A stretch of DNA of 64,000 bases from Xylographa opegraphella (taxonomy: Eukaryota). The notes under the pieces are model-generated. The model searched no databases, had not been told where the DNA came from, and saw only the letters and a list, made by a program, of their open reading frames with translations. Shown here piece by piece: positions 34,761 to 48,692 of the stretch. How positions within the stretch are numbered: the stretch's first letter is position 1; each line of letters starts with the position of its first letter. The translations under genes and the position numbers were made by a program. The DNA is taken from the NCBI GenBank assembly GCA_022813865.1, contig JALDZX010000004.1, positions 620,001 through 684,000 of the forward strand, read 5' to 3'.

Positions 34761-37700
34761 ATGAGCGGCTTTCCTCCCCTTCACCCTGTTTCTCAGAACC
34801 CGATTGCTCCCACTGCTTCCAACTTATCGAGCGCAGGGTCGGCAAGGCCTCGCCAGTCGTCGGCTTGGGGGCCGCCTGGTAGTACTCGTCGTGGACTAAC
34901 ACCTTTGTCTACGAACGTTCCTGCGACAACATTAGAGTACACTGCTCGAAGACCTGGCTCATCAAACAGTCCCTCACTCAGCACGACTTCCGCTTCCCCA
35001 TTCACATCCACGTTTTCTTCTGTCCTGAATTCTTCCAGCCGACTGAGCGCCAGCCGTACCACATCCTCTACCTCCGCGGCTTCTCAATTCACACCTCTTC
35101 AAACTGGCTCGCAGCAATCTCACAATAACCAGGTGCTGTCCTCCCCACGCTCGCGAGCGACGACGCCCTTCTCGAGCTCAAATTTGGCGTCTGCAGCTGC
35201 GGGTTCAAGCACCGCAGCTCAGATTGGAGGAGGGGGTGGGAGTAGTGGTGGTGGAGGATCTTCCCGATCAGCTGCCTTTTCGCCATCACTCGCACAACAG
35301 AACTTGACTTCCCCTACAGTCGCTGCTTTCGAGCGCAACCCGTTTCTGACCTCAGCGTCGGCATCGGGCAATTCTGGCCAGTCTTCTGTTTCGAAGATCG
35401 TTGTGACTCAGGTCTTCCTCCTCCTGGGTTCCATTACAGAGAAAGAAGGCAAGGCAAAGTGGGACTCTCAGGCGGAGGCGATACGCAAAGTAGGTTCAGA
35501 TTTCGAATTCGCGTCAGATTGTCTACTGCATGTACACGAAAGCTAACATAATTCAGTTGGTTCACTCACACGGCATGGAAGTTTTTGCCAAGTACTTCCA
35601 ACGACTAGTCGTGGGCAATTCTCCCCAGATATTCCCTGGCATCAATAGGAACGTGGAAAATCCAGGAAATCATCAACTTCTGGTCGAGGAAATAGAGAAG
35701 GCGTCTCAGAGCACTGAGCAGGCAAAAAAGATAGCTGAAATAATAGACAGTGCCGAAGGAGACATTTATAGGGACTTCGACCTCGCAACCTTCATCGGCC
35801 ATTTCCATTTGAATCCGGTTGCCAAAGCTATCATAGCCTCAGCTTTTAGCGAGGTGACTAGGCCAGATCTACGGAAAAAAGGTACTGTGTATAAAGCTTT
35901 ATTTGGCGATGTCTCTGAAACTAATACTTGCCAGCCATTTCAATCCTTGCTGGAAACTTGCAGGCATTGGTTCAAGCATTTTCAGAAATCGATATCAATG
36001 AGCATGACTATACTCCGGCGTTTCTTGCTACAGCTGCCATAAGGACCCTCCAAGGCCTGTCGCAATCCCCTGCAGATGATTCAGTAAAGCCGCGCATATA
36101 CGAGGCACTAGCGTCTCGATATTTGCGACAAGGTATCCCCGTACCTGCGGTTGTTCGTTCAGCAATGGCTCTTAGCGGAATCCTCGAAGAGGGATTTGAT
36201 CTGGCCAAGTTATTGCAGAGATCGGGACCCGTGGCAACCTCCACCCCAGACGCTGTCAGGGACCTCTTGTCGAAATATGGGAAGGGTAACGTGGATGAAA
36301 GCCAAGTATCTGGTGCTCTTCTATTCATGATTCTAACACTAGACTCGGAACAATATCGACCAGGCTTGTTTGTTGCCGCAACTCGGGACTATGTCTCAGA
36401 ATCGCTCGACTGGCACGCTGTCGTACGTGGCTTCGACCGAGAGGCTCTTGTTGTGACTTCATCCCAATTCTTGACGCTCTACAACGCACTCCTGCCCATT
36501 GCGCAAGAGACCCCAGAGTTCGATATCCAATTGCTATGGGGCGGTCGGTGGAACCACATTACTACACAGCTGTCCTTTGCTTTGGGTCTTGCAGCACTTT
36601 CATCCGAGCAATTGGACGCCACCACAATACCCAGATTACGTCAAGCTTACGATCCAAATGAATGCCTAGATGGCCCCGAGGACATCGTCCACGCCATACA
36701 AGCAGCTCTGCAGGATCCTATAATATCTCTGGATGCCGTCAGCTCCATCGCGGGGATTCTATTTAATCCAGAAAATGTACTTGCTCCTGAGGACGCACAG
36801 CCCGCTCGAGATCTTATTAGCATCAAACCGGCCTTCTTTCTATGTTCTGCCGTTGGTGTGCCGAAACCTTGGAGCGTGAACCACCAGACCTTGTTATCAA
36901 AGCTACTGGCATCTTGCTTGTTAAAGCAAGCACCCAACCATGCTTTTGCACTTCACTCTTTATGGAAACAGGACAAACAGTGGCTTGCAACGAGACTCAT
37001 CGAGACACATCTCGATGATCCAATGAAGTTGCCAATATTACTGGAGCATGCAAAGGACCATGGTTGGCTGGAGGATCTATGTACCATGATGAATGGATTT
37101 GGGATCGATCTTGCGGCTCTTGCTCATCGCAAGAGCTATCTTGACTTCGATCAATGGGCAGCAGACAAACTATCAAGAGTACCTGATGAATTTGCGGCAG
37201 CCATATCAAAATTTCTTCTCATCAAGGCACAGGACGAGATGCGAAATGTACGAGGAGAACAACCCGCCCCTCGTACAGTGAGCTTGGCGATGAAAACCGT
37301 CCATGCCATGCTACTCATCCTGGAAGACTACCCGAAAGAACGTCGGGATGAGCTCATCTTGCTTGAACGCCAATGCATGCAAGCCTTTCCAAGGTTGATC
37401 AACTATGGCGAAGGCTTTGATGAGTTGATTGAGCAGAACGGAGAAATAAGCAACGCGTTGTCACCCACAGCAGATGCAGAGATGCAGGATCTGTATAAGC
37501 GAATGTACAGTGCCGAGCTTGAAGTAATGGATATCATTAATGCCTTAAGAGAATGTAAGACGTCGGATTTGCCTGACAGACAGGATCTTTTCGCATGCAT
37601 GATTCATGGCCTCTTCGATGAATATGTCTGCTTTAACGAGTATCCACTTGGACCGCTGGCGACTACAGCAGTACTATTTGGGGGTATCATCAGCTATGGC

Positions 37701-40700
37701 CTTATCTCACATCTGACTTTGAACGTTGGCTTGGAGATGGTTCTTGAAGCCGTTAGAGATTACAACGCAGATACCTCCATGTATAAGTTTGGTTTGCAAG
37801 CTCTGCTGAACTTTTTAAATCGACTCTCCGAGTGGCCAGACTATTGTCAGCAACTTATCCAGATTCCTGGCTTGCAAGGTACTGACGCGCACCTCCGCGC
37901 TCAAGAAGTACTCCGTGAGGAGAGAGACCCTTCAGCGACCATGCCAACCACAAATGGAAGGAACGGTTTAGCGGACGGAATAGGTCTGAGCAATGGGAAT
38001 ATCGAAAACTTCCTTGCATCAGACACTGCTGTGGTTCAGCCGTTCCGATCTGTACATGCTGATCCTCCCACAAATTCAGAGCTCTTCGAAGATCCTGTAG
38101 AGGAAGTACAAGACAAAGTTCTGTTTGTTCTCAACAACGTCTCGGAACAGAATCTAACCGCCAAACTCGGTGATTTGATGGAAGCACTTGAAGTAAAGCA
38201 CCATCACTGGTTTGCCTCCTACTTGGTTGAACAACGTGCCAAGCTACAACCGAATTATCAGCAACTGTACCTAAATCTCCTAGACCTTCTCGGTGAGAAG
38301 ACCTTGTGGGCGGAAGTCCTTAGGGAGACTTATGTCAGTGTTCACAAAATGCTCAATGCCGAAACAACCATGAAATCCAATGCCGAGCAGGTGTATTTAA
38401 AGAACCTTGGTCATTGGCTTGGGTCTCTGACTATTGCACGAAACAAGCCCATCAAGCACAAAAATATAGCATTCAAGGAGCTACTTATTGAAGGGTGGGA
38501 AACTCAACGACTTGCTTTGGTCATTAAGTTTACCTGTGCGGTACTCTCGGAGGGAGTCAAGTCTGTTGTATTCAGGCCTCCTAATCCTTGGACTATGGAA
38601 ATCATTGCTCTCCTCCTTGAGCTCTATGATTTGCCGGAGCTCAAGATCAATCAAAAATTTGCCATTGAGGTACTGCTGAGGGAGCTTGGCCAACCTAAAA
38701 ACGGCAAGAATATGCCACGTTCGATTGAGTTGAAGAAACGGCAACAACAGCTCTACGAGGATGATATGTCCGGTCCTGCAATGCCAGAGGGGATTGATGG
38801 CTTCGATGACTTGACGATGGGGGGACTCAACAAGGGTATTCGAAACGCGAGGTTCTCACCTGCAGTGATAGCGCAGACTTTACCAGACCTAGAAAATCTG
38901 CTAGTTTTTCCACCCACATCTGGTTCTACGTCCAATCAGTTCCGCCTTCGGTCCATTGTACGCGATGCTGTTCAAAGGGCCATCATGGAGATCATTGGAC
39001 CCGTCGTCGAACGATCCGTTACAATTGCCACCATCGCTACCAAGGATCTGATTCACAAGGACTATGCTCAGGAGCCCGACGAGGACCGAGTACGCGAGGC
39101 TTCTCAGCAGATGGCAAAAGCCTTGTCTGGAAGTCTCGCACTGGTGACATGCAAAGAGCCACTCCGAATGAGTATGACCAATTACATTCGCTTAGCGGCA
39201 GGTGAAGTGCCCGATCAAGCATTCCCGGAAGGTGCCATATTGATGTGCGTGAACGACAACCTCGACACAGCATGCAGCCTCGTTGAAAAGCAAGCCGAAG
39301 ACCGCTCACTACCAGAAATCGACGCACATATCGAGAACGAGATACAAAAGCGGCGACAACATAAGGTCGACTATCCTAACGAACCCTATCGAGATCCAAT
39401 TTCAAGTAATTGGTCATCTTTTATTCCTGAGCCATACAAGCAAGGTCCCGGTGGTCTCAACCAGGAGCAGCTCGACATATACCTGCAATTCGCCCGCCAA
39501 ACTCGAGGTGTGACTAACCATGTACAGACGGGGTCTACTGATAGTGGGAAGCAAATTCCAGACGTTCTGCAGGAGGTGGGCTTTGCCGCCATACCCAATC
39601 TACCTACACCCGCCGAGCCTCCAGCTATACCGCTCCAGCAATCCCATATTCTTCAACAACAAGGTCGTGTATTATCGTCTGCGATGAACAACTCGCGTCC
39701 ACAACCTCAAATTAATGGATTCATGGATGCTGATACCATCCATGAACATATTCAAGACCTCTTTGCTAAGACTACCCAGCTCTCAAGCGCCACTTCGGAG
39801 CGTCGTTTCAAGGACTTAAGTCGAGAGAGCCCAATATCTGAGATCACCATTAGGGTCGACCAGATAGTCGCAGCTTCTCCGGATCGTGATGCCGTGGCAC
39901 TTTTTATAGCGGAAAACGCTTACGCAGCGTTGTATGGTGAGCCTGTCAACCAATTAGAGGTCGATATTCTGGCTCGCATTGTGCATCGAGCCTGCCAGAT
40001 ATCCCACAAAACCGCTACGAATGAAATCCTCCGCTTTCATAATCAAGATGACGAGAGGATCCTGAACAGCTCTGTGACAGCCGCTTTATTAGAACTCGGG
40101 TTGCTGGAATTCACGCATGTGGATATGGTACTGACCAAGGCAATCCAACAACGCTCATCAAGTGCAATCTATTGTTTGTCAGAGCTGTTGAACTCCCTCC
40201 TCATCATCAGACATCCTATTGCACTGAGAGCCGATTTTGCCAATAGTCTAGGAGCCATGGGACAGTGGCTTTCGCAACAGCCTGATCTTGCGCTTGCCAA
40301 AAAAATAATCGCGGATTTGAGAAAGGCTGGAGTGCCAGAGTCAGTCGAAGTTAACGTTGAGAGTGTCTCGAAAGCAGAGCAAGATCATCAATTCGAGTAT
40401 GTCTTCACAGAATGGCTTGCGCTTTGCAGTCACCCAGAGCAACAAGACAGCACGTCAATTGCTTTCATCAGTCAGCTCCACCAACGACAATTCCTTAACT
40501 CCCAGGAGGACATGGTCCTGTTTCTTCGCCTCTGTATCCACTCATCTATCGAAGCATTTGAGAGAGCAGATATGAACCCCAATCTGGATCCGAATGAGCC
40601 TTATTTCAACATCGATGCTTTAGCAAGACTGCTAGTATTGATGGTGAAGAATCAAGGGGAGACTGATGGTGCCGTGAAGGCGAGCAAACCGGCTTATCTG

Positions 40701-42069
40701 AACTCCATACTCTCACTCATTATTCTCATATTGAACAACCACCATGTTATGCGCGGCGAACAGTTCAATCAGCGGGTCTTCTATCGCCTTTTCTCCACAT
40801 TGCTATACGATTGGTACGACTTTGCACGGAGTGGTAACTTTCAGCAGGACAGGGAGATGGTCTTAATATTCGCTGATAATTTCCTGCTCCTCGATCCGCA
40901 CCACTTCCCAGGTTTTACGTACGGCTGGCTTAGCTTGGTCTCGCACCGAGTCTTTATGCCGGCTATCCTAAAGCAGTCGGATGATGAGGTGAGACTGCAC
41001 GAACACATACTATGAACGCGAGAAGTTGCTAATCTGCGGTAGGGGTGCGAGCCATTCGTCCAGATACTGGAGGTTATGCTATCATATGTGGGCGAGTTGC
41101 TAAGACCAGGGATAGTCCCCGGATTTACGAAAGAGCTATACCGAGGAGTCTTGCGAATCCTACTGATTCTTCACCACGATTTCCCCGAATTCCTTGCAGA
41201 AAACCACTATCGTTTATGCAACACGATTCCTCCACACTGCACGCAATTACGGAATCTTGTATTGAGTGCTTATCCTTCCTCCATTCTTGAGCTTCCCGAC
41301 CCGTTTACTGCGGGACTGAAAGTCGATCGTCTTGACGAAATACGCAAAGCACCCACTATTGCTGGCGACATTATCACGCCTTTGCGTCATAAGAACATAT
41401 ATGGTATCATTCAAAACACTCTACGAGCCTCTGAGAACTCCATACGAAATTCTGACATGTTAGACGAGAACGTCCACAAGATAGTGCTTGCAGTCAGCGG
41501 CGAAGTAGGAGATTCCACCCGATCATCGTTGGACCCAAGTGTCTTGCATGCTATGGTCCTATATATTGGCCAAACTGCTATTTCAGCAACGGGTACTAAA
41601 AATGGGCCATCTTTCAACCCCGAGTCAGTACAAGCAATTCTGTTAAGTAAATTGGCAAAAGAACTCGATGCCGAAGCTCGATACGACTTCCTCGGTGCCA
41701 TTGTGAACCAGCTCCGCTATCCGAACAGCCACACTCACTTCTTCATTTATGCCCTTCTTCATCTATTCGGGAGTGATATGGCAGACCAACAAGAATCCGA
41801 TGTCCGACAGCAAATTACACGGGTGCTACTAGAGCGGCTGATCGCACATCGTCCGCATCCTTGGGGTCTTATCATCACGCTCCTAGAGCTCCTCAAAAAT
41901 CCTATTTACATGTTCTGGGACTTGCCGTTCATCAAGGCCAACCCGGAAGTACGTTCTGCTATTTACACTCAGATTCCTAATATGTCTCAGCCGCCTTACT
42001 CAGCTAATCGCATTTCGCACGTTACAGGTTGAGAAGGTCTTTGGGGTACTCTTCCAACATGTCAAGTAG
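34761..42069 (+). CDS. NOT1: CCR4-NOT scaffold subunit Not1
   Basis: FACMIHGLFDEY, YPLGPLATTAVLFGGII, ALVTCKEPLR, HHDFPEFL, NQLRYPNSHT, HRPHPWGL; 5 exons. Confidence 0.97.
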
Positions 42070-42852
42070 AGGCCACGGAGTGATAGTCTAGGTGGTGATG
42101 AATCGTAATGGTGGCTGCTTGGTGGACTTCAGCTGCCGCGCCTTGGGTTGGCGCTTGCAACGAGATATTCGATGAGCGGATATGGGAACAACTCCATTCC
42201 TACACATTCTCAAGTAATGTTGCGTTTACTCTTCACTGCATTGTATATTGGTGGAGAGATACTTTCTACATACAGCTTTAGTACTGCCGCGTTCTCCCTT
42301 CATGTCAGGTCTGTCTGTTTCAAGACAGAGGAAGAGGAGGGATGGAAGGGCATGAAGGCCTTTTAGAGGAGTGCTCATGGACACTGGGTACGATGCTTCT
42401 GTTCTCGTCGATGCACGGCTTATGATGGCGGAAAAGCTGGCTGGGCGTTACGGAGATCCTTGGCGGGTTTCCTTGTATCATAGAGGTTGACGTATTGGTG
42501 TAGGATAGCACGGAATGGGATAACATTCCTTTCTCCGTGAGATTTTGCAGAACTCGTCGGTCGGCTTTACCCCTGAAAGCGAGTGCGCGCTCTATCATTG
42601 CCTGTTGCCCAATCAATGCCTTGGAGTTTTGTCATTTTTCTGGTAAGTTGCGCCTCTTTGCACCCACGGTGAGGTAACGTTTTTCGGTCCCCGGTGCCTC
42701 AGGGGCGTGTATTTATGACGCCAAACATAAATTGCCCGAAGATGTCGGACTTAGATAAGCTAAGTCCGCTCTGCAATCTTAGCGTAAACATGGGTGAAGC
42801 AAGTGACATCTCTCATCTCACGTCCACTTCTTTTGCCCGAATCTCCAACAGT

Positions 42853-44501
42853 ATGTCGGAAATTGAGCCCCCAGCTCCGATGATGTTCCTAAGCCTGCCA
42901 CATGAGGTGATGCACTGTATCTGCTTGGCCGGTGACATCAAGGCCTTGCGAGCGCTCTCGTCCTGTTGCAAGGCACTGCAGAGCTTCATCAAGTACAATC
43001 AATTGCTTTACAAACAGCTATATCTGTTGAACTGGGTATGATCAGGATCCTATCTCGTGAATCCAACACTGAAAGTGATTAGGATCCTCCAGAAGAGAAG
43101 TGCAAGGATGGTCAGATCCGCTGGGACGAGACCTTGCTTGCAATGGGTAAAGTTCAGCATCTGTTGGAGTCCAACGATGAGGATTACAAGGTAGAAGGCT
43201 TCGATTATCAATCGGATCGCTGCTGAAGCAAATACAGAAGCGGCATCTGGCTTTTGTCGCTGATGCTATTGATGCTCTGCTCAACTCGGTCCCTTCAAAT
43301 GGCGCCCCGTCCTTGAACATGGCTTTTCTACAACGTCATTTCGCTGCACCAGGTACGGTATCTGCATCGGAAGGCCCGGATACACCGCACAAGCTAGCTA
43401 TACCACTTAATGTAACTTCGTTCATGTGTCAATCATCCCTTTTTCGGCGTGCTATGCGCCAAAGTCCAAGTCACATATCCATTACGACTGAAGATCAGCG
43501 AAGTGCCAAGTTACATTGTCTTTATGGCGTGGCAATAGACGAACCCTGTGACAGGAGACATCTGGCAACTTATCCTTTTGCTGTGTCCAAAGTCTACGAC
43601 CTCCGAAATTATTCAATACGAACAGTGTGGGGGCCATTCTTAGATGATGGGTACTTTGGGGTAGACTGGGAAAGGATCGAGGCAGTCATGGTAGTACTGG
43701 CCCACAACCTTCGGCTTGTGACTGAGCGCACCAACAGCCACTTCATGCCTCTGTGGACGACTCCTTTCACCGGAGCATCGCCCAACAGTTATAAGGCTCG
43801 TGTACCACCACGGCTAACCAAGGAGCTCACTCCACCATTTGAATTACAGGATCCTTACAACGTTACAGGAACATACATGCGCGTGGTTTGTTTCCTGGAC
43901 TACACCGAGTTCTACGACTACAATTTTGTGGCTTCCCCTCCACCGCCGGATCAGCCACGCCCACCACTTGAAACTGACGAAGCTACTCGACTGATCATCA
44001 TGCGCGTCAAAGCTACTAAGGCCGAGGCACCCGGCGAGCAGGATGGGCAAGGGCTTCCTGTGATACACTTCGCGGGTACCTCGCATTCAATGCACGCGCA
44101 CCGGGATCCCAACGCAAATTCCCGAATTCGCGGTACGGTGCGGTTGACGAAGGAAGGCGAGGTCAGGTGGACATCCTTCTCCATCTACTTTGGGTACGTT
44201 GCCGTGATCAATATCGGCGGTATCAGATTACTGACCCGAAGCGTATCAGCGAGGAGCGCTGGCGCTCTGAAGGTATCCAGGTTGGTGGAGTAGGCTCGGC
44301 GCGCGGCGTTTTCGGTCACTGGTTCGACAAGTACGTCTCAAAAGTCCTTTTTTTTTTCACAAAGCCATGTGGCAGGGCCTCTCTCTCACTGACGATTCGA
44401 ATAGGGATTTCAGCCCGCACGGCCCCGCTGGCCCCACTGCATTGTGGAAGATCAGTGATGTCTATAATGAGGACAAGGGCGAATCTCTTTTGGATTTTTG
44501 A
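42853..44501 (+). CDS. F-box domain protein (fungal, multi-exon)
   Basis: N-terminal FLSLPHEVMHCI...LRALSSCCKAL F-box; SKVYDLRNY, VDWERIEA, RVVCFLDY, GEVRWT, HGPAGPTALWK blocks. Confidence 0.8.
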
Positions 44502-45716
44502 GGGTGGGGAGGAAGGGAGGGAGGGAGGAATGAATGATGTTGTAATATGACTGGGCAGGAGTCGTGTGTCGGATTTACTTGGTAGGAGTATCTGGGTTCA
44601 GGCAGGCGGAGAGGTGGTTTCTACGATGTTAGATAGGGGTAGGGATCGTATCATTACGCGTTGACAAATTCAAGGGTGTGCGGTGCAGTACTTTTGATAT
44701 CACATCCAACAGTGAAGAAGATCTCTCGCTGCACCGCTCGGCGTCTTTTGCACCCTATTACTGTAGCAAGTCGACGGGATCAGACACCAGCTTCTCTCCG
44801 ACTTAATTCGGGCACATCACTGCCGTGGCCATCCTCCAACTTGCCCTTGATGGGTTGCCGTCACGCCTGCAGGCGAAGCACAGCACTCATCGGCGACCAT
44901 CTCCGCACCCTCATTCCACACGCCTCGTGCACCAGACAGGTCCGGCGGCCATCGCCGCACACTCCTTCTGGTATATTTTATATCTCTCTCCCTTCCCCCA
45001 AAATGCAGAGCAAGCAGGGCATGTATCTATCCGCCGCTGCCTTCAGGATCCGTCCCCCAGCCCCCCAGACCCGCCATCCACCAAAAAACACCAGCCAGCA
45101 ACCCTGCTCTCGCACAAAACACTAACCCGGCCCCATCACTGACTCCGGAATGCTCCAAGCCAGGCCAGCACGGACCCGTGACCCGGGCTCGTCACGATCG
45201 GGGTATCCCATCCCCCACGAGTCTCGCGTATCTGTACATCCCCCTGAGACAAAACGTGGTGTTCCGTTGCTGCTGGAGTTGGATTATGGGATGTATACTG
45301 CACTCTTCGATCTACGTGCGGCGCTGCGTTCGCGCCAGCTTTGATAGCAGTCGGCCTATTTCAGCGGCCCCTTGGTTCCTAATAAGGCATGCATATAAAG
45401 TATGCCGAACGACGCTCGACTTACAGGTTTGGCGAAGACAACTCGATTAATGGCCTTTCGAGAAGTTTCGTGCAAGTACCATCATCTTTCTACTCGGCAG
45501 AACAGCAGGACTGACTGGATCCTTGCCCATTTCAAGGGTCATGTATCACCGTGAAGCGGATAGCTTTCTTTGCACAGCCCCAACTACCGTTCTGCGCGAC
45601 TTTCGTGAGTAATTGCAAGGAAGTTCTTTCATGATCGGGCCTCGGAGACGTTTTATGCGCTACAAGATCTTGAGTGTCTGTCTTGACGGACGGACGTACA
45701 GAAGGTGCGATCTGGC

Positions 45717-47375
45717 CTATGCGGAAGCCCCACTCAACCACGGGTCTTAAAGCAATTCTCTGGCGGTTTTTCTCTCCTCGGGCACCCAGCAGAGCATTTT
45801 CCGCATAAACTGCAGGAACAGCTCCTTGTTCTTGCCTTCAAGATATTCCTCAGACTTCTCAAACGATATCTCCGGGATAGGAGTGAGACCATCCCAGTTT
45901 TCTAGCAAGACCGTTCATCAGCAATATTCGCGGCGTGTGGCCATCAAATACCAGCTCTGCCCACTTACCATCCTCATCAAAGTATTCCTTGTATTCGTCG
46001 CTTCTTCGAAGGAACTCTAGTGGTGGTGGTCCAAGGTATGCAATCATTTCTGCGAGATGAAAGCGATTGGAGTACTGTTTGTCCTCGGGGTCGATAGCAT
46101 TAAACATTTGCTTTCTTTCAAACATGTCCCATATCTGAGAACTGTCAGTCCAAAACCCAAAGCTTCGCTATGATTGATACGCTGATTGCCCTCCCCGTGG
46201 GGTTGCTTGTTCATGGCGCGTAAAGTAACCGGAAAAAATAATCGCAACGTTGCGTAGGATGACACAGCTGCGAAACAGAGATGCTTGGAAGGTCTGACCA
46301 TTACGCCGACATTCCATATATCCACGCTGTAGCTCCATTCCATATATCCACGCTGTAGCTCCATTCCATATATCCACGCTGTAGCTCCATTCCATCTCGA
46401 GGATCACCTCTGGAGCCCTATAAAGCTCCGGTTGGATGTCATCGTTGTTCACAGCATTACCAAAACGAGCCGACCCAAAATCACTTAGGACTGGATGACG
46501 GGCCTTTTTGGGGAAGCCCAGCTCTCGGGTGGCGTATACAGTCCGATCGTCGTCGACTTTACATGGACTTGGATGTTCGATCTCCGCCCTCTCAAAGTCC
46601 GTAAGAATTGACTCGTCTTCGATTTCTTGTAGGATGTTGTCAGTTTTGATATCTTGAGACCTTGTTAGCATTACACAGGACAGGCAAGGTTGTTTCGGCA
46701 ATCAGATAGTTCAAAGTAATAGCATACCGGTATGAATCACCTGGCATTCCGTATGCAGATAGTCGAGAGCGACGAATAAATAGTTCAGCACTGCTTTCAA
46801 TGTGGGCTCATTGAACCTTTTGCCCTTCATGAGTTTTTGATAATCAAACAAGCTTATCCACAGCGGCTTGTGCACAAGACATTGATGCCGATTCCCTGAC
46901 TTCTCGATCTCAAAAGAATCCAAGACCGTTCGAACATAATTTCGACCATTATGCGTGGTACCGGCAGTGGCAAACTTCTTGCTAATTTCTACTTCTCGAC
47001 TGACTTGCGCCGCCTGCGCCGAGCCACGTCTATAGATTTTTAGGGCATTGTAGCGATGCGATCTGGTGCCAGTCAGGATTGTGTCCTCGTTGCCATGGCT
47101 ATATCTGCCGTCAGATGTTAAACTCACAGTAAATCACGTGACAGCCAAACGGTCGAGTTGCTACCATACCCAAGTTTGCCCAAGACTTGTTATCTAGATT
47201 CAAAGATCACCCCTATGTGGACAGGGTAGTAGTCTACGGCAGAATATCCAGGGAGTGTCTCTTCTTCTATTTTGCGTTGGGGGTCGATTGTCGGAACACT
47301 TGATTTGGAGAAGCGTCGTTTGGGCGGTGGTGACCTTGGGAAACATGATCTCCACCCTTTTAATATGGCTGGCAT
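45717..47375 (-). pseudogene. Disabled SRPK-like (CMGC) protein kinase
   Basis: KLGYGSNSTVWL, IHTDIK, DFG, YRAPEV motifs; nonsense TAA 47190-47192 (R*QVLGKLG); 52-nt frameshifting repeat expansion 46310-46395; nonsense TAA 45747-45749 (ELL*DPWL). Confidence 0.9.
46310..46395. repeat. 26-bp tandem repeat x3.3 inside kinase subdomain IX
   Basis: CATTCCATATATCCACGCTGTAGCTC at 46310, 46336 and 46362, partial copy at 46388. Confidence 0.95.
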
Positions 47376-47706
47376 GACAGCGGCAGGACTTGAGCAGGAG
47401 ATCCGAGATGGTAATGCCTTCTTAGATCAGACGAAATGGACGATGTACTTTCCGAGCTTTGGGTGGTATTGTGTGGTGTTAATTCACATCTTGTAGTGAA
47501 GGCGGGCTGTCACTAACTATCCTAGCCTGTGATTCATAATGGATGTCTGATCACCAATAACACCGGGTCTAGAGCCTGGGTACTTAAGAGCCTTGAACCG
47601 TCTCAATCTTTGGACCACTTCCAAGCATTCGTCTTATTATCACGATCCCAGTCTACAGAGTCTATTCTACACAGGCCAACCCAAGAAGACAACCAGAATA
47701 CTCAAA

Positions 47707-48201
47707 ATGTAGGCCACGAAGGCACTGTTTACTCAGTTCGTTGGGAAGGTCAAGAGGACAGATATTGTCGACCCTAAGTGGCTTGGAGCTCTAGATACTG
47801 CCCTTGGCGAAGCACAAGAGAAGGTAATACAACGCATATTAAAGTCCCGAAACGGTACACTGACTGCTTTTCATAGGAACCGCGTATCGAGCAAGCTGAG
47901 ATCAGGTAGTTATCACTGCTTCTACATGTTCTCTAAAGAGATAATACTGAAATCAACACAGGGGTGCAACACCACATACTTCGCCTGCCGGCTCTGACGA
48001 CCCCAAGAAGCATATTTCCGTCGTATGCAATGACAAGAATGGAAACGAATCGGTACCATGCATGTACATGAGGATGGGACCTCCAAACTCTCTCAGAATG
48101 CTTGTGGAAAGTCGAGCTCAAGGAGTGCTGAGAGAGCTAGGATGAGTCAAGCGGAAAATCAGCCTAAAGACCAAACTGGTGATGAGGCGGGGGCCTCCTA
48201 G
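47707..48201 (+). pseudogene. Small three-exon gene of unknown family, apparently disabled
   Basis: ATG then TAG at codon 2; open exon ATKALFTQFVGKVKRTDIVDPKWLGALDTALGEAQEK; introns 47824-47876 and 47906-47961; probable 1-nt frameshift near 48045. Confidence 0.5.
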
Positions 48202-48692
48202 GCAGGATTTCGAAGATTGGCGAAAATATGCTTTCCATGCCGAGTGTTGAAGGAGATGGTCGGAGGGTAGCTAGAAGTGTTGAATAATAGTATAGATACT
48301 CCACTCCGAATATGATATGATAGTTACGTGACGCTGGAGTGGGATGAAACGGTCACGTTTCTTCCCGCGCCAAGGCTCTCGCCCTATTGATGCTGTGACA
48401 CGCTAACGTAGGAGATGCGGGAAACCGCCGCCAAGCACCATTGATTGGCTTGTGGCCCGCCCCTTTACCCCCTGCAGAAATTGAGAGTCCGAGGGATATT
48501 TGTAACTTGCTAGTCTTCAATGCCATGAACCACTCGACTCCTATTGTTCTTCATCATCACAGCCACTCCGGGGTGTGTCTTCGCGCCGTACATTCCTTTA
48601 CCTCTGCCATATATCGAATAAAAGTCGCTCCTTCACCATAATACACTCATTTCCGCCGTTCTTTACCTGAGCTGTTCAAGAGCACTGCTATC

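Noticed and set aside
46310..46395. Phase-variable on/off switch in the kinase
   Set aside because: Two independent nonsense codons would keep the gene disrupted at any repeat number
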